Shown here: piece by piece, positions 18,847-29,798 of the stretch
How positions within the stretch are numbered: position 1 is the first letter of the stretch
Layout of the letters: every line of letters starts with the position of its first letter
Source of the DNA: an uncultured Gammaproteobacteria bacterium
GTDB taxonomy: Bacteria > Patescibacteriota > Patescibacteriia > UBA11705
Direction of reading: 5' to 3'
Assembly: GCA_964413735.1 (NCBI GenBank)
Contig: CAYPSS010000005.1
Span: forward strand, 4,398-68,397
Length of the DNA stretch: 64,000 nucleotides
Notes under the pieces: model-generated
The model's database searches: none
What the model saw: the letters and a program-made list of their open reading frames with translations, nothing else
Told to the model about the DNA's origin: nothing
Translations under genes and position numbers: made by a program

Positions 18847-20070
18847 TTATTTTTTATCATTTTTCTCCGCTAACAAGCGTTCATATTCTCGTTGCAGACT
18901 AAGTAAAGCACTCTGAATTTCCTCTTGAGCAATTAATTTAATTTTATAGACCATAATAGTTCTTTTTATATGAGAGATATCTCGAATGGTATCCAGATCT
19001 AAAGGATCAATGTTTCTTTTTTTGCATTCTTGATCAATTCGCTTTTGCAAAGTATCAAATTGCAATTTTTCACGATTCCATTTGGCTCGTTTCACCAATT
19101 TTGCAATTTCCAATTCCGGAACACCTAAAGCCCGCAATCTGCCGAGCTGTTCATACGCCATAATAATTCGATCCCGATCAGTTGGGAAAATCATTAAATA
19201 TGATACTGTTTGTAAATGTTTGATCAAACTAATTAAATCAGGAGAATGCCTTTCTGGCATTTCAACCATCCCAGAAACAATCTCTGAATTATCAGCCATA
19301 GCTGTAGCTGTGTAAGCTTGAGTTTCAATCAAGGGGCGATTTTCTTTATATCTTTTTTCTTTGTTTTTTTTCGTAATTCGAGATAACGCTCGAAAAATTG
19401 CTCCACCAAACATTCCACCGGCAAATAAATTTTCTGATGAATTACCTACCAACCCTGCACCATAAGATCCAAGCAAAACACTTAATGATACCGCTAAATA
19501 TTCCGCATATTTCAACACTTCGGTTTCCACCTTACCGGGAAATTGATGACTATGAATTCTTTCATGCCAATAAGTTGAAAATTTCTCCGGAATACCTTGA
19601 AGCGCCAGAACAAAAAGCAATAACCTTGGATCGTTTAAATAAGTATCTTCAAGCAATAATATTTTGTTTGTTTCTTTTGAATATAATCCCTGCACACCAA
19701 AATCATCAGATTGAGAAACAAGATCATCTTGAATATCACAAACTTGTTTTTTGTGACCAGACCAATCCATTAGTAACTGAAAATTAATTAATTCACCAAG
19801 TTCTTGGTTAATTTCAGTTGAAAGCACAATGCGCCTTATGGCATTTTGTAAATGTTTTTGAAATATTTGCTTCTCGGCCTCGCGAAAATGTTTGTTTTGA
19901 AAATCAGCCGTGTGAATCAAATAATTTTCAATCTGATTCATCGTGTCTTTGACTTCGTTGGCATAATTTAGTTGCTTTTTCAATCGATCACGCTCTTGAA
20001 TCAAAGCATCAACATCCTCATCAATACCTGGCGGTTCCGGTGAAAATTGATAAACACCTTCTTTGAACAT
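18847..20070 (-). CDS. Hypothetical protein with HExxH motif and central hydrophobic segment
   Basis: 407-aa ORF; GLYS...YWHERIHSHQ...ETQAY. Confidence 0.6.
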   Translation of the reverse strand: MFKEGVYQFSPEPPGIDEDVDALIQERDRLKKQLNYANEVKDTMNQIENYLIHTADFQNKHFREAEKQIFQKHLQNAIRRIVLSTEINQELGELINFQLLMDWSGHKKQVCDIQDDLVSQSDDFGVQGLYSKETNKILLLEDTYLNDPRLLLFVLALQGIPEKFSTYWHERIHSHQFPGKVETEVLKYAEYLAVSLSVLLGSYGAGLVGNSSENLFAGGMFGGAIFRALSRITKKNKEKRYKENRPLIETQAYTATAMADNSEIVSGMVEMPERHSPDLISLIKHLQTVSYLMIFPTDRDRIIMAYEQLGRLRALGVPELEIAKLVKRAKWNREKLQFDTLQKRIDQECKKRNIDPLDLDTIRDISHIKRTIMVYKIKLIAQEEIQSALLSLQREYERLLAEKNDKK

Positions 20071-20072
20071 AA

Positions 20073-21332
20073 TTATTCAACTATTCGTTTAATATTAGCG
20101 CCAACCGCTTGCAAACGCTTTTCAATACTTTCATAACCACGATCAATTTGATAAATATTGTCAATTTCCGTTTGTCCCTCGGCCACCAACGCCGCTAAAA
20201 CCATGGCAAACCCGGCGCGTAAATCCGGGCTGGTTAATTTTCGACCACTTAAAGCAGTTGGACCATTAATAATCACTCGATGTGGATCACACATAATAAT
20301 TTGCGCACCCATTTGACTGAGCATGTCAGTATAAAAAAGTCGCCCTTCGAATATTGTTTCATGAACCAATGACATTCCTTGACATTGTGTTAACAAAACC
20401 GTGAAAGGAGCTTGTAAATCAGTCGGAAATCCGGGGTATTCATGGGTTTGAACATCAATGGCCTGTAAATTACCGCCACCAAAAATTTGAACATAATCTT
20501 CTCCCAATTGATACTTTACACCCATTTTATCAAACATTGCCCACAAAACATCCAAATGATCAGGTCGACAATTAGTTACCTTCAGATCTTCTCCGGCCAA
20601 AGCACCAAGAATGGCAAAACTCCCAGCTTCTACACGATCAGGAATCACATCATAAGTTCCACCGCTTAATTCTGACACCCCTTCAATGATAATCGTATGA
20701 GTACCGGCTCCGGAAATTTTCGCCCCAACTCGGTTCAAAAATTCCGCCAAAGCCGGAATTTCCGGTTCACAAGCAGCATTTTTCAATACCGTAGTTCCTT
20801 GCGCCAAAGTGGCGGTCATCATTAATGATTCAGTCACCGTGACCGATATTTTCGGGAAAATATAAGTCATTCCCGTTAATTGTTTTTTGGCTTTAAAAAT
20901 ATAAGCATCCTCATCTTCTTTAACCTCTGCTCCAAATTTTTTATACCCATCGACAAATAAATCAATCGGTCGTTTACCAATGGCGCAACCACCGGGATGA
21001 GGTAACTTCACTTGTCCGGTGCGCACCAACAATGGCCCAACCAATAAAACGGAAACTCTGATTTTTCGCACCAAATCAGGATCCAAATTATCCAAATTCA
21101 CTTCCGGAGTTTGCACATAAACCGTTTCACCTTCTCGACGATATTTGGTGCCCACCGCCTGCATCAAATCCAATAATCGATTAACTTCTTCGATGTTGGG
21201 ACAATTTTTAATAACTACTTCCTCCTTGGTAAGCAAAGAAGCCGCTAATATTTTCAAAGCCGCATTTTTGGCGCCTTTCACAGCAATTTCACCGTTTAAT
21301 TTCACCCCACCATTAATAACGAATTTTGACAT
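20073..21332 (-). CDS. murA: UDP-N-acetylglucosamine 1-carboxyvinyltransferase
   Basis: GAKNAAL, PGGCAIGKRP, PGFPTDLQ, DLRAG, IDRGYE. Confidence 0.97.
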   Translation of the reverse strand: MSKFVINGGVKLNGEIAVKGAKNAALKILAASLLTKEEVVIKNCPNIEEVNRLLDLMQAVGTKYRREGETVYVQTPEVNLDNLDPDLVRKIRVSVLLVGPLLVRTGQVKLPHPGGCAIGKRPIDLFVDGYKKFGAEVKEDEDAYIFKAKKQLTGMTYIFPKISVTVTESLMMTATLAQGTTVLKNAACEPEIPALAEFLNRVGAKISGAGTHTIIIEGVSELSGGTYDVIPDRVEAGSFAILGALAGEDLKVTNCRPDHLDVLWAMFDKMGVKYQLGEDYVQIFGGGNLQAIDVQTHEYPGFPTDLQAPFTVLLTQCQGMSLVHETIFEGRLFYTDMLSQMGAQIIMCDPHRVIINGPTALSGRKLTSPDLRAGFAMVLAALVAEGQTEIDNIYQIDRGYESIEKRLQAVGANIKRIVE

Positions 21333-21489
21333 AAATTTTAAAAAATGATTATTTTTCTGATATATATCTAAAATAAGATTATCATACTTAACGAAAAAAA
21401 TAAAGTGAAACCAACCGCTTCAAAGCTTGAAAAAGTTGATTTTCCCCTTAATTTATGATACTTTAATATAGTATAAATTACCCTAAAAT

Positions 21490-22866
21490 ATGCATATTAA
21501 TATTCGTCGTGCGATTTCTTTCACGTTAATTATCGGTTTTATTATTTTAGCTCCGCTATTAATTCTTCATACGGCCGGCTATCGTTATAATTTCAAAAAA
21601 CAAAAAGTCACCTCTGCCGGATCATTAATTATCAAAACAGAACCTAAAAATGCCACCATCACCGTCAACGAACTGGGAATAACTCAAAATTCCCCGGGCA
21701 GAATCAATGATCTTCCGCAAAATGAATATACCATTTCCATAACTAAAGAAGGTTTTTTCCCTTGGATCAAGAAACTAACAGTCAAAGACATGGAAACCAC
21801 ATTTGCCGAAGATATTATGTTATTCAAAAATACTACGGAAATAAAAATTACCAATTTTACAATTGATCAAATTTTACCACTATCTGATCAATCAGGATTT
21901 GTTTTTATTAGTGAAAACAAAATACAATCTTTTGATTTTAGCACCAAACAAAATATCACCTTATACGAATTACCCGCCAATGAGGTTTTAACCAACTGGC
22001 AGTTATCCAAAAATAACGATTTTTTACTTATTACCGCTTCAAAAAACAATACCCTCCCAACCTTAGAAAAAAATATTATCATCAGTCGACATTCCCCACA
22101 AAACATCATTAATCTTAATGAAAAATTAAACACAACAGACCAAGTGCAAATACACTGGAGCATAGATAACAGTGACACTCTCTACCTAAAAAACAATAAT
22201 TCAATTTTACTGGCCAAAATCAACGGCAATACCATTAACATTAATCCTCTTTACACTTTTACTCCCGCCCAAAAAATTAATGATTTTTATGTTATTAACA
22301 ATAATTTATTTTTTCTGGAAAATAGCGCTGATAAATTTTTCATCAAACGATTATTACTGACCACTTCTGAAATGGATAAATATTCTCCAAAATTGGAACT
22401 CCCCAATTCTTCATACACCATTACCGGACAAATAGGCGGAAATTTAATTTTAAATGATATTTTGAAAAAAGAAACTTATATCATCAGCCAAGATTTGAAT
22501 AATATATTATTTCGGCAAACAAATTTAATTACCAAATCAATCTCATCAAAAAACAATCTCTGGGCTGTCACCGATGGCACGGAAATAATGTTGCTTGACC
22601 AAAAAACCACTCCATTTAACAAAAGTACCATTAATCGTGTCAGTCGTGGCATAAGTGGCGTGGTTTGGACTTCCTCCAGTAACTATTTACTATATAATCA
22701 TGAAGGGAAATTAAATATTATCGAACTGGATCCTCGAGAAAAAAGAAATATCATCGAATTAAACGCCGATAATGTTAATGAATTTATCTTGGATAATGAC
22801 GGTCAAAATATTTACTTTACTAAAAATAATGAACCGGGAGTTTTTCAATTATCTCTGACCGAATAA
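21490..22866 (+). CDS. PEGA-domain membrane-anchored protein with beta-rich C-terminus
   Basis: TM helix, AGYRY, IKTEPKNATITVN...YTISITKEGFFPW. Confidence 0.8.
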   Translation: MHINIRRAISFTLIIGFIILAPLLILHTAGYRYNFKKQKVTSAGSLIIKTEPKNATITVNELGITQNSPGRINDLPQNEYTISITKEGFFPWIKKLTVKDMETTFAEDIMLFKNTTEIKITNFTIDQILPLSDQSGFVFISENKIQSFDFSTKQNITLYELPANEVLTNWQLSKNNDFLLITASKNNTLPTLEKNIIISRHSPQNIINLNEKLNTTDQVQIHWSIDNSDTLYLKNNNSILLAKINGNTININPLYTFTPAQKINDFYVINNNLFFLENSADKFFIKRLLLTTSEMDKYSPKLELPNSSYTITGQIGGNLILNDILKKETYIISQDLNNILFRQTNLITKSISSKNNLWAVTDGTEIMLLDQKTTPFNKSTINRVSRGISGVVWTSSSNYLLYNHEGKLNIIELDPREKRNIIELNADNVNEFILDNDGQNIYFTKNNEPGVFQLSLTE

Positions 22867-22915
22867 AAACAAACAAAAAAACGATTGTCTGAAAATCGTT
22901 TTTTTTATTATAAAA

Positions 22916-23773
22916 CTACTTCAATTGCTCGAATGATTGAGAAAAAAGTAAATATACATAAGCGGTTTTAAAACCTTTTAACAAGAATATTAAAAACACA
23001 AGCGCTAATCCACCAAAAATCGCCACAATAATCGACAGCCAAATAAGACCAATATAATACAACAAAAAAGCCAACAAAACAAAAGGAATCAAAGCCAAGA
23101 AAACCGCAATTACATTAACAATAAACATTGCCAAATAAACCAACATTCGAATCACATTGATTATTATCACATCTGTAAATTTTACGATAAATAATCGCCA
23201 CCCGCTCTTCAAAGCTTCCCAGGGAGTTTGTTGTTCATTGACAATATAATGATAACAAAAAATATTAAACAACATGATTAAAACATTATAAGAAAGCATC
23301 AATAATCCAGTAATAATATCAACCGTTAAACTATCAATAGTTCGAGCGTTGATCAAGAAAATCAAAAATAACAAAATATTAGGAATCAAAAAATAAATTT
23401 CCAAAACCAACATGGGTAAAAACTTTTTAACCCCTTTATAAAATGTTTGTTTAAATGACATTTTTTGTCCCGCCAAAGAGGCTTTAACCACCGACACCAA
23501 GCCGGCCTTAAAAACCAAAGCGAAAAAAGAAACCGCCAACACAAACAAAATCATCAATAACATCAGAAGAAACGCGGAAAATTTACTAAAAAATTGATAA
23601 AAGTAAAATAACGCATCATTACTGCTGGCAATGTATAAGAAAATATCATTTCGTGAATTAAACGTTAAGAAAAAACTTAGTTCGGTAACAAACAGACCAA
23701 CAAACCACAGTACTTTATACTTCCAAACCAAACGCCACGATTGGAGAATCAATGACATGTATGATTGAATCAT
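22916..23773 (-). CDS. Multi-pass membrane protein
   Basis: Several hydrophobic helices; SWRLVWKYKVLW and ALKSGWRL. Confidence 0.75.
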   Translation of the reverse strand: MIQSYMSLILQSWRLVWKYKVLWFVGLFVTELSFFLTFNSRNDIFLYIASSNDALFYFYQFFSKFSAFLLMLLMILFVLAVSFFALVFKAGLVSVVKASLAGQKMSFKQTFYKGVKKFLPMLVLEIYFLIPNILLFLIFLINARTIDSLTVDIITGLLMLSYNVLIMLFNIFCYHYIVNEQQTPWEALKSGWRLFIVKFTDVIIINVIRMLVYLAMFIVNVIAVFLALIPFVLLAFLLYYIGLIWLSIIVAIFGGLALVFLIFLLKGFKTAYVYLLFSQSFEQLK

Positions 23774-23778
23774 AATTT

Positions 23779-24507
23779 TTATTTTTCATTTTTAATTTTT
23801 TTTTGCGCAATTAAAGTGGAAGCACGATACAGCGATTCGATTGTTCCGGCATCGGTCCACCAACCATCCAAAATACCAAAGGACATGGTTCCTTGCTGGA
23901 CATAATAATTATTAACATCGGTTATTTCCAATTCACCGCGACCGGATGGTTTAAGCGTGCGAATCACATCCCAAACTTGGGAATCATACATATACAAACC
24001 GGTAACCGCCAAATTACTTTTCGGTTGAGTGGGTTTTTCTTCAATTGATAAAATCCGATCACCGGCCAATTCCGCCACCCCAAAGCGATGTGGATCAGCC
24101 ACTTCCTTCAATAATATTTTAGCACCTTTTTCTTGAGATTTAAAATCTTCTACAATTGGGGCAATCCCATGCTCAAAAAGATTATCACCCAAAATCACCA
24201 CCACCTTTTCATAATCGGAAAATTTTTCACACAAACTTAAAGCTTGGGCAATACCTCCGGCCTCTTCTTGAACTTCATAGGAAACTTTAGCGCCAAATTC
24301 ACGGCCAGACCCTAATAATTCAACAAAATGCCCGGCATGCCCACGTCCGGAAACAATTAAAATATCCTTGATCCCGGCTTGGACCAATGTATTAAGCGGA
24401 TAATAAATCATCGGCTTGTCATAAACCGGTAATAAATGTTTATTTGTCACCTTAGTCATCGGTGCTAATCGAGTACCACTGCCTCCCGCCAAAATAATTC
24501 CCTTCAT
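23779..24507 (-). CDS. rmlA: Glucose-1-phosphate thymidylyltransferase (short form)
   Basis: GIILAGGSGTRL, KHLLPVYDKPMIYYP, PSGRGELEITD. Confidence 0.92.
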   Translation of the reverse strand: MKGIILAGGSGTRLAPMTKVTNKHLLPVYDKPMIYYPLNTLVQAGIKDILIVSGRGHAGHFVELLGSGREFGAKVSYEVQEEAGGIAQALSLCEKFSDYEKVVVILGDNLFEHGIAPIVEDFKSQEKGAKILLKEVADPHRFGVAELAGDRILSIEEKPTQPKSNLAVTGLYMYDSQVWDVIRTLKPSGRGELEITDVNNYYVQQGTMSFGILDGWWTDAGTIESLYRASTLIAQKKIKNEK

Positions 24508-24513
24508 ATTTTT

Positions 24514-25359
24514 TTAGGTATGATATTTTTTTATATATTCTTGCAAAGCATCTTGCCAAGCGCGTTGTAATGGCAATTTGGTATTTAGTAATTGAGAATA
24601 TTTGGGACGCTGAGCTGGACGGGGAAAATGATCAGCCAAAACCGGAATCAAATTAATTTTTTTATTAATAATTTTGAATATTTCTTGACCAAAACCATAC
24701 CAAGTACAAGCACCATCATTGGCGCCATGATAAACACCAAAGGTCGGTCTTTGCTCAACCAAATTTTTCGTCAATAATGCCAAGTCAGGCGCATAGGTGG
24801 GACAAGAATATTCTTCATCTACCAACTGCAATTCCTGTTTTTCTTTTGACAAGGCGACCATCACATCCACAAAACTTTTTTTCGCCCCTGCGGAAATTGC
24901 CGGAAAACCAAAAATACGCGACGGACGAATGACATAAAAACGACCACCAATTTCTCGAACCGCTTTTTCACCTAACCACTTGGAACGACCATACTTATTT
25001 ATGGGATCAGCTTCACTGTCTTCGGTATATCCTTTTTTATTTTGACCATTAAAAATATAGTCCGTGGAATAATGAATCAAAATTGAATTTAATTCTTGCG
25101 AAATCTCTGCCAAATTTTTCGGACCGTAAAAATTAACTTTTAATGCCAGCGTATCATCTTTTTCCGCTTCATCTACCGCATTATAAGCAGCCGCATTAAT
25201 AATCAATTCTGGTTTAATTTCTTTAATCAAAGACCATGACTGATCTTTATCAATAATATCAATCTGTTCTTTGTCCCACAAATATAGTTGTTCAGTCGCA
25301 AACTGCTTAGCCAATTCTTGCCCCAGCATACCTTTTGCGCCTAAAATAAGTATTTTCAT
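24514..25359 (-). CDS. rmlD: dTDP-4-dehydrorhamnose reductase
   Basis: GAKGMLG, NAAAYNAVD, STDY, YGRSK, RPKYS. Confidence 0.93.
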   Translation of the reverse strand: MKILILGAKGMLGQELAKQFATEQLYLWDKEQIDIIDKDQSWSLIKEIKPELIINAAAYNAVDEAEKDDTLALKVNFYGPKNLAEISQELNSILIHYSTDYIFNGQNKKGYTEDSEADPINKYGRSKWLGEKAVREIGGRFYVIRPSRIFGFPAISAGAKKSFVDVMVALSKEKQELQLVDEEYSCPTYAPDLALLTKNLVEQRPTFGVYHGANDGACTWYGFGQEIFKIINKKINLIPVLADHFPRPAQRPKYSQLLNTKLPLQRAWQDALQEYIKKYHT

Positions 25360-25439
25360 AATATCTTTAAGTTTAGCAAAGCTCTGGTTAATGTCAACCT
25401 AAATAAAAAAACCCCATATTATGAGGTTTTGTCAAATTG

Positions 25440-26636
25440 TTAGCCTAAAAGCACACCAACCAAATTTTCTTTCAACAAAGGAAATCTGGTCCACGGATTG
25501 CAACATTCATCCAAATCACAAACCAATCTACTGGACCATTGTTCATAATTCCGACGAATCGCATTAAAACCATAAATCCAAGCCACCTGACTTTCATTGG
25601 GCAAACTCTTGAACATTTTTTCCAATTTTTCCGCTGCTTCAGCCCCAGCTTCAGACGGTTCAATTTTTTCTTGCAAAAACTTTTCCCACACACCATCAAC
25701 TTCCAACGCAAAATGCTTCGTATTTTCACTAACTACCCGAATAATATCAAGAAGATAGCCTGTATATTCATCTCGCAAAGTCACCATATAACCATAATCA
25801 TGCTTACCATACGGTGAATTGTTATTCATGGAATTAGCAAACATCTGCAAATGTTCCAACATCGTACGCGGACCAACAATTTCTTGGCGCAATAACGGGC
25901 GCATATGTTGTTCAAACTCAACATCGTAAAACCCATGACTTGAAGAAAAATCTTTATGAGGATCGACCAAAGTCAAATAATGTCGTGCCGGAAAACACGG
26001 TCCCGTGCAATCCAAACGATCCACCCAACGGGTATACCACACGAAAAACCAGGGAGTCCCATCATCTTCCGTGTCTTTGTAAGGCATAATGACTTTCGTC
26101 TGACCATCAGCCAAAGTCACAGTTTGCGATTTCAGGTAATGCGTATGCGCCATCACCGCGTATTGCAACAACTTTTGTTCACCCGGATTCAAACCGCAAT
26201 CGTCTTCTTGAAAAATCAAATGCAAAGCAATGGCGGACATTTCTGCGTGGCGAAAAACCAAGTGACTTTCAGAATAACGATCCACAATCGCACAACCCAG
26301 ATCATGCAAAACGCCACCAAGCAAACCAATGAAAATCTGGCGTTCATCACCTTCCAAGCGAGAAAACAACCGCAAAGCATTCAAATAATCACGCATCATA
26401 TGACCCTTACCATGGCCGGGATCAACTTTGCCGGCAAACAAACCCATTTTCGTTGCCTGATCCAAGACTTGATCAATGACAAAAATGGCCCGCGTCAACA
26501 AAGATCGACGATTATTGCCAAACATCGGCGTATTCACAACATCGAGCAAGCGCAAATCAACTGATTGTAAAAGATCCGTAATAATTGCTTGTTTTTCCGC
26601 TTCACCACAACTTTTCAATCTCTCAGCCATTGACAT
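25440..26636 (-). CDS. HD-domain hypothetical protein
   Basis: GHGKGH, LHDLG, HAE, AHTH, VDRLD; ATG at 26636 follows SD GGAGG. Confidence 0.7.
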   Translation of the reverse strand: MSMAERLKSCGEAEKQAIITDLLQSVDLRLLDVVNTPMFGNNRRSLLTRAIFVIDQVLDQATKMGLFAGKVDPGHGKGHMMRDYLNALRLFSRLEGDERQIFIGLLGGVLHDLGCAIVDRYSESHLVFRHAEMSAIALHLIFQEDDCGLNPGEQKLLQYAVMAHTHYLKSQTVTLADGQTKVIMPYKDTEDDGTPWFFVWYTRWVDRLDCTGPCFPARHYLTLVDPHKDFSSSHGFYDVEFEQHMRPLLRQEIVGPRTMLEHLQMFANSMNNNSPYGKHDYGYMVTLRDEYTGYLLDIIRVVSENTKHFALEVDGVWEKFLQEKIEPSEAGAEAAEKLEKMFKSLPNESQVAWIYGFNAIRRNYEQWSSRLVCDLDECCNPWTRFPLLKENLVGVLLG

Positions 26637-26754
26637 TGTTCCCCTCCGTGGGAAAAGAAATAAACACTGTTCAATCTTAACAAAAATCAACCATTTGTCA
26701 AGGTAATAAAAAAAAGAAGCTCTAACCCATCTTCTTTTTTATCTAATTATTAAT

Positions 26755-27312
26755 TCATTTTAATAATAACATTATTGCTTCATATTTGGGCCTGATAATT
26801 TCTTTTGATTTGTCAAAAATTAATTGAGCCCATTTATTTTCCAATTTTTTTCTAACCGATTCTTTAGCTGTTCCTTGATCTAAATTTTCGTATATAAAAG
26901 CGGCTTTAAATAAACCGGCAATACTTTCAAAAGCACTCAAAGCATCCGCCTCGGCAATGATTTTCTCCTCCAGACTTTTACGAATACATGGCTGAGAACC
27001 TCTGTGATTTTGAATACATTTTTTCACCATCTCAATTTTTTCAACCGGATATCCAAATTCATTCAATTTATCTTCCGCTATTTTTGCGCTCGTTATATGA
27101 TGATCATGTCTTCCATAAATAATAGAACCAATATCATGTAACCAAGCGGCCAGCAACACAACCTCTTTATCGCCACCAAGTTCATCCACCAACTCTTCCG
27201 CATATTGAACAACTGGAATAAAGTGAAAAAGAAAAGGCTCATAACCATATTTACTGCTTGGCTTTTTACATTCTTTTTCAACAAACGTTCTAATTTCATC
27301 AACAATATCCAT
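26755..27312 (-). CDS. HD-domain phosphohydrolase
   Basis: FH...AAWLHDIG...HH...NH...EADAL. Confidence 0.85.
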   Translation of the reverse strand: MDIVDEIRTFVEKECKKPSSKYGYEPFLFHFIPVVQYAEELVDELGGDKEVVLLAAWLHDIGSIIYGRHDHHITSAKIAEDKLNEFGYPVEKIEMVKKCIQNHRGSQPCIRKSLEEKIIAEADALSAFESIAGLFKAAFIYENLDQGTAKESVRKKLENKWAQLIFDKSKEIIRPKYEAIMLLLK

Positions 27313-27315
27313 AAC

Positions 27316-28332
27316 CTAAATAGTCATTGATTTTTTCTGATACTGCTGATCATAATACTTCTGATAATCACCACTTTTCACATTCCTCCACCATGGTTCA
27401 TTTTCCTGATACCACATAATGGTTTTCTCGATTCCGGTGGCAAAATTGGTCTTGGGACGCCAACCAAGCTCAGCCATAATTTTATACGGCTTAATGGCAT
27501 AACGACGATCATGTCCTTTGCGATCTTCCACATATTCAATCATTTCTTCACCAAAACCCATTTTCCCTAAAATCATTTCCGTTAATTGTTGATTACTCAA
27601 TTCCTCTCGACCACTGATACAATAAGTTTCCCCCACTTTGCCTTCATGCAAAATAATATCCACCGCTTCATTGTGATCATCAACATAAATCCAATCACGC
27701 ACATTTTTACCTGTACCATACAACGGAACACGTTTACCTTCCATTAAATTGGTCACAAACAAAGGAATCACTTTTTCCGGAAATTGATACGGGCCATAAT
27801 TATTAGAACAATTGGAAATGGTAATCGGTAAACCATGGGTATGATAATAAGCGCGAACCAAATGATCGGAAGCCGCCTTAGAGGCCGAATATGGACTACG
27901 CGGATCATAGGAGGTTTCTTCGTGAAAATATCCTTCTTCACCCAACGAGCCGAAAACTTCATCTGTGGAAATATGGTGGAATCTTTTCACTTGATGTTTT
28001 CGCGCCACTTCTAACAAAACTTGGGTACCAATCACATTGGTTTTGATAAATTCTTCGGCATTTAAAATTGAACGATCAACGTGCGATTCAGCCGCAAAAT
28101 GCACCACCACCTCCACCCCATCCATCACATGATCGAGTAATTCAAAATTCAAAATATCCCCTTTAACAAACTTATAATTCGGATGACTTTCAATGTCTCG
28201 TAAATTTTCCAAATTACCGGCATAAGTCAATTTATCATAATTGATAATATCATAAAAAGGATACCGTCTCAGCATGTATCTGATAAAATTCGAACCAATG
28301 AATCCCGCCCCTCCGGTTACCAACATTTTCAT
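27316..28332 (-). CDS. rmlB: dTDP-glucose 4,6-dehydratase
   Basis: TGGAGFIG, DKLTYAGN, AAESHVDRS, STDEV, YSASK, RKGHDRRY. Confidence 0.97.
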   Translation of the reverse strand: MKMLVTGGAGFIGSNFIRYMLRRYPFYDIINYDKLTYAGNLENLRDIESHPNYKFVKGDILNFELLDHVMDGVEVVVHFAAESHVDRSILNAEEFIKTNVIGTQVLLEVARKHQVKRFHHISTDEVFGSLGEEGYFHEETSYDPRSPYSASKAASDHLVRAYYHTHGLPITISNCSNNYGPYQFPEKVIPLFVTNLMEGKRVPLYGTGKNVRDWIYVDDHNEAVDIILHEGKVGETYCISGREELSNQQLTEMILGKMGFGEEMIEYVEDRKGHDRRYAIKPYKIMAELGWRPKTNFATGIEKTIMWYQENEPWWRNVKSGDYQKYYDQQYQKKSMTI

Positions 28333-28390
28333 ATTTATTTTGTTATTTTCATCTATAGCTTAATAAATTGACTGATAAAGTCAATAGCAC

Positions 28391-28848
28391 TTATTTAATT
28401 TTAAGCCAATTACGATTTAATTTATTCAAAACCAACAAATCATCTATCATGTCAAATATCAGATGCGTAATCATAGCGCCCATGAAAACAAATACCCCCC
28501 CCCATTTCCTTGGCTGAAAAATAACATTATTTCCAAAAACAAAACAAAATAAATGTTATGGGTCAAGAAAAAAGTGTTGCTTTTATGAGTATTGAGTCCA
28601 TACTCCATCGCTTGGATCCACTGCCATTTCTTCACATATTGACGCAACACGAGATTATTTGGCTGTTGTCGATCATAAAAAAAAGCCGCCAATAAATGAT
28701 CCAAGTCAATTATAAATGCTCCGATTAAAACAAGTACTAGAAATTCCCAGCGCCAAATTTGTGATAAAAACGAAAATAATAACCACCAAAAGGTGGCCAC
28801 ATAAAAATGCCAAGCAATATGCTCATTAATAATTTTAATTATTTTCAT
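28391..28848 (-). pseudogene. Membrane metal-dependent hydrolase-like gene (YdjM-like) frameshifted at a G9 tract
   Basis: ORF 28471-28848 has DLDH and THN; the shifted frame 28391-28495 supplies VFVFMGAMITHLIFD...KIK*; C9 at 28495-28503. Confidence 0.65.
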
Positions 28849-29392
28849 TGTTTTTCAAATAAGTTTGCAATAAAGACAACGCACAAAGCGATGGACTATC
28901 CATCATTTCACCATTGATAATCATTTGATTAATTTCAGCTAAATTTACTTTTTTCCCAGTTAAAAATTCCGTATAATCAGGCTGAGCGATTTTCACTTCC
29001 AACTCTTGGGCCAAAAAAACATGCCCCTTTTGATTGCTTAACCCGGCACAATAATAAAACTCACCGATCATCGTCCATTTTTTCGCTTCCGCCCCCACCT
29101 CTTCACGCAATTCTCGTTTCGCTGCCTCCAATAAATCTGACTCTCCGGACTCCAATGTTCCCATGGGCAATTCCCAAGTTAATTTTTGAATCGGATACCG
29201 ATATTGACCAACCAAATAAATATTTTTATTTTCATCAATCGCCGCAATAATCACGCCCGGCGAACGATCAATATAAGTATACTTACCCATTTGACCGCTG
29301 GGCATTAAAACATTATCCTGCATAATTTTATACCAGGGATTACGATGAATTTCTTGACTATCTATTTTTTTCCAAATTAAATCATTGTTCAT
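28835..29392 (-). CDS. NUDIX hydrolase (ADP-ribose pyrophosphatase-like)
   Basis: QYRYP...WELPMG...AAKRELREEVG. Confidence 0.9.
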   Translation of the reverse strand: MNNDLIWKKIDSQEIHRNPWYKIMQDNVLMPSGQMGKYTYIDRSPGVIIAAIDENKNIYLVGQYRYPIQKLTWELPMGTLESGESDLLEAAKRELREEVGAEAKKWTMIGEFYYCAGLSNQKGHVFLAQELEVKIAQPDYTEFLTGKKVNLAEINQMIINGEMMDSPSLCALSLLQTYLKNNENN

Positions 29393-29787
29393 AAATTTTG
29401 AATCACCTTTTTTACCACTTCATTAAATTGATCAGTTGATAATTTTTTTCGATTATTAAAATTAAGCGCTTCACCATGACCATCATTTTCCGTGCGCGGA
29501 ATCAACTGCAAATGCGCGTGCGGGACCGCTTCACCAATTACTACGGACACAACCCAATCCGTATTAAAAGCTTTTTGTAAAGCCTTGGCAATTTTCTGAG
29601 CAATTAAAAAATATTCACCACCATTTTCCACTTCCCAAACCCACCGATAATGTTTTTTGGGAATTAAAAGCGTATGGCCGGAATTAAACGGCGAAATGTC
29701 CAGAAAAGCCAAGAAATCAGCATCTTCGTAAATTTTATAACAAGGGATTTCACCTTTCACAATTTTACAAAAAATACAATCATTCAT
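29389..29787 (-). CDS. HIT family protein
   Basis: CIFCKI, GHTLLIPK, VPHAHLQLIPR. Confidence 0.92.
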   Translation of the reverse strand: MNDCIFCKIVKGEIPCYKIYEDADFLAFLDISPFNSGHTLLIPKKHYRWVWEVENGGEYFLIAQKIAKALQKAFNTDWVVSVVIGEAVPHAHLQLIPRTENDGHGEALNFNNRKKLSTDQFNEVVKKVIQNL

Positions 29788-29798
29788 ATTTTTTAATT

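Noticed and set aside
25956-26564. 202-aa plus-strand ORF and the many other short antisense or nested ORFs in the track
   Set aside because: They overlap well-supported genes and have no motifs
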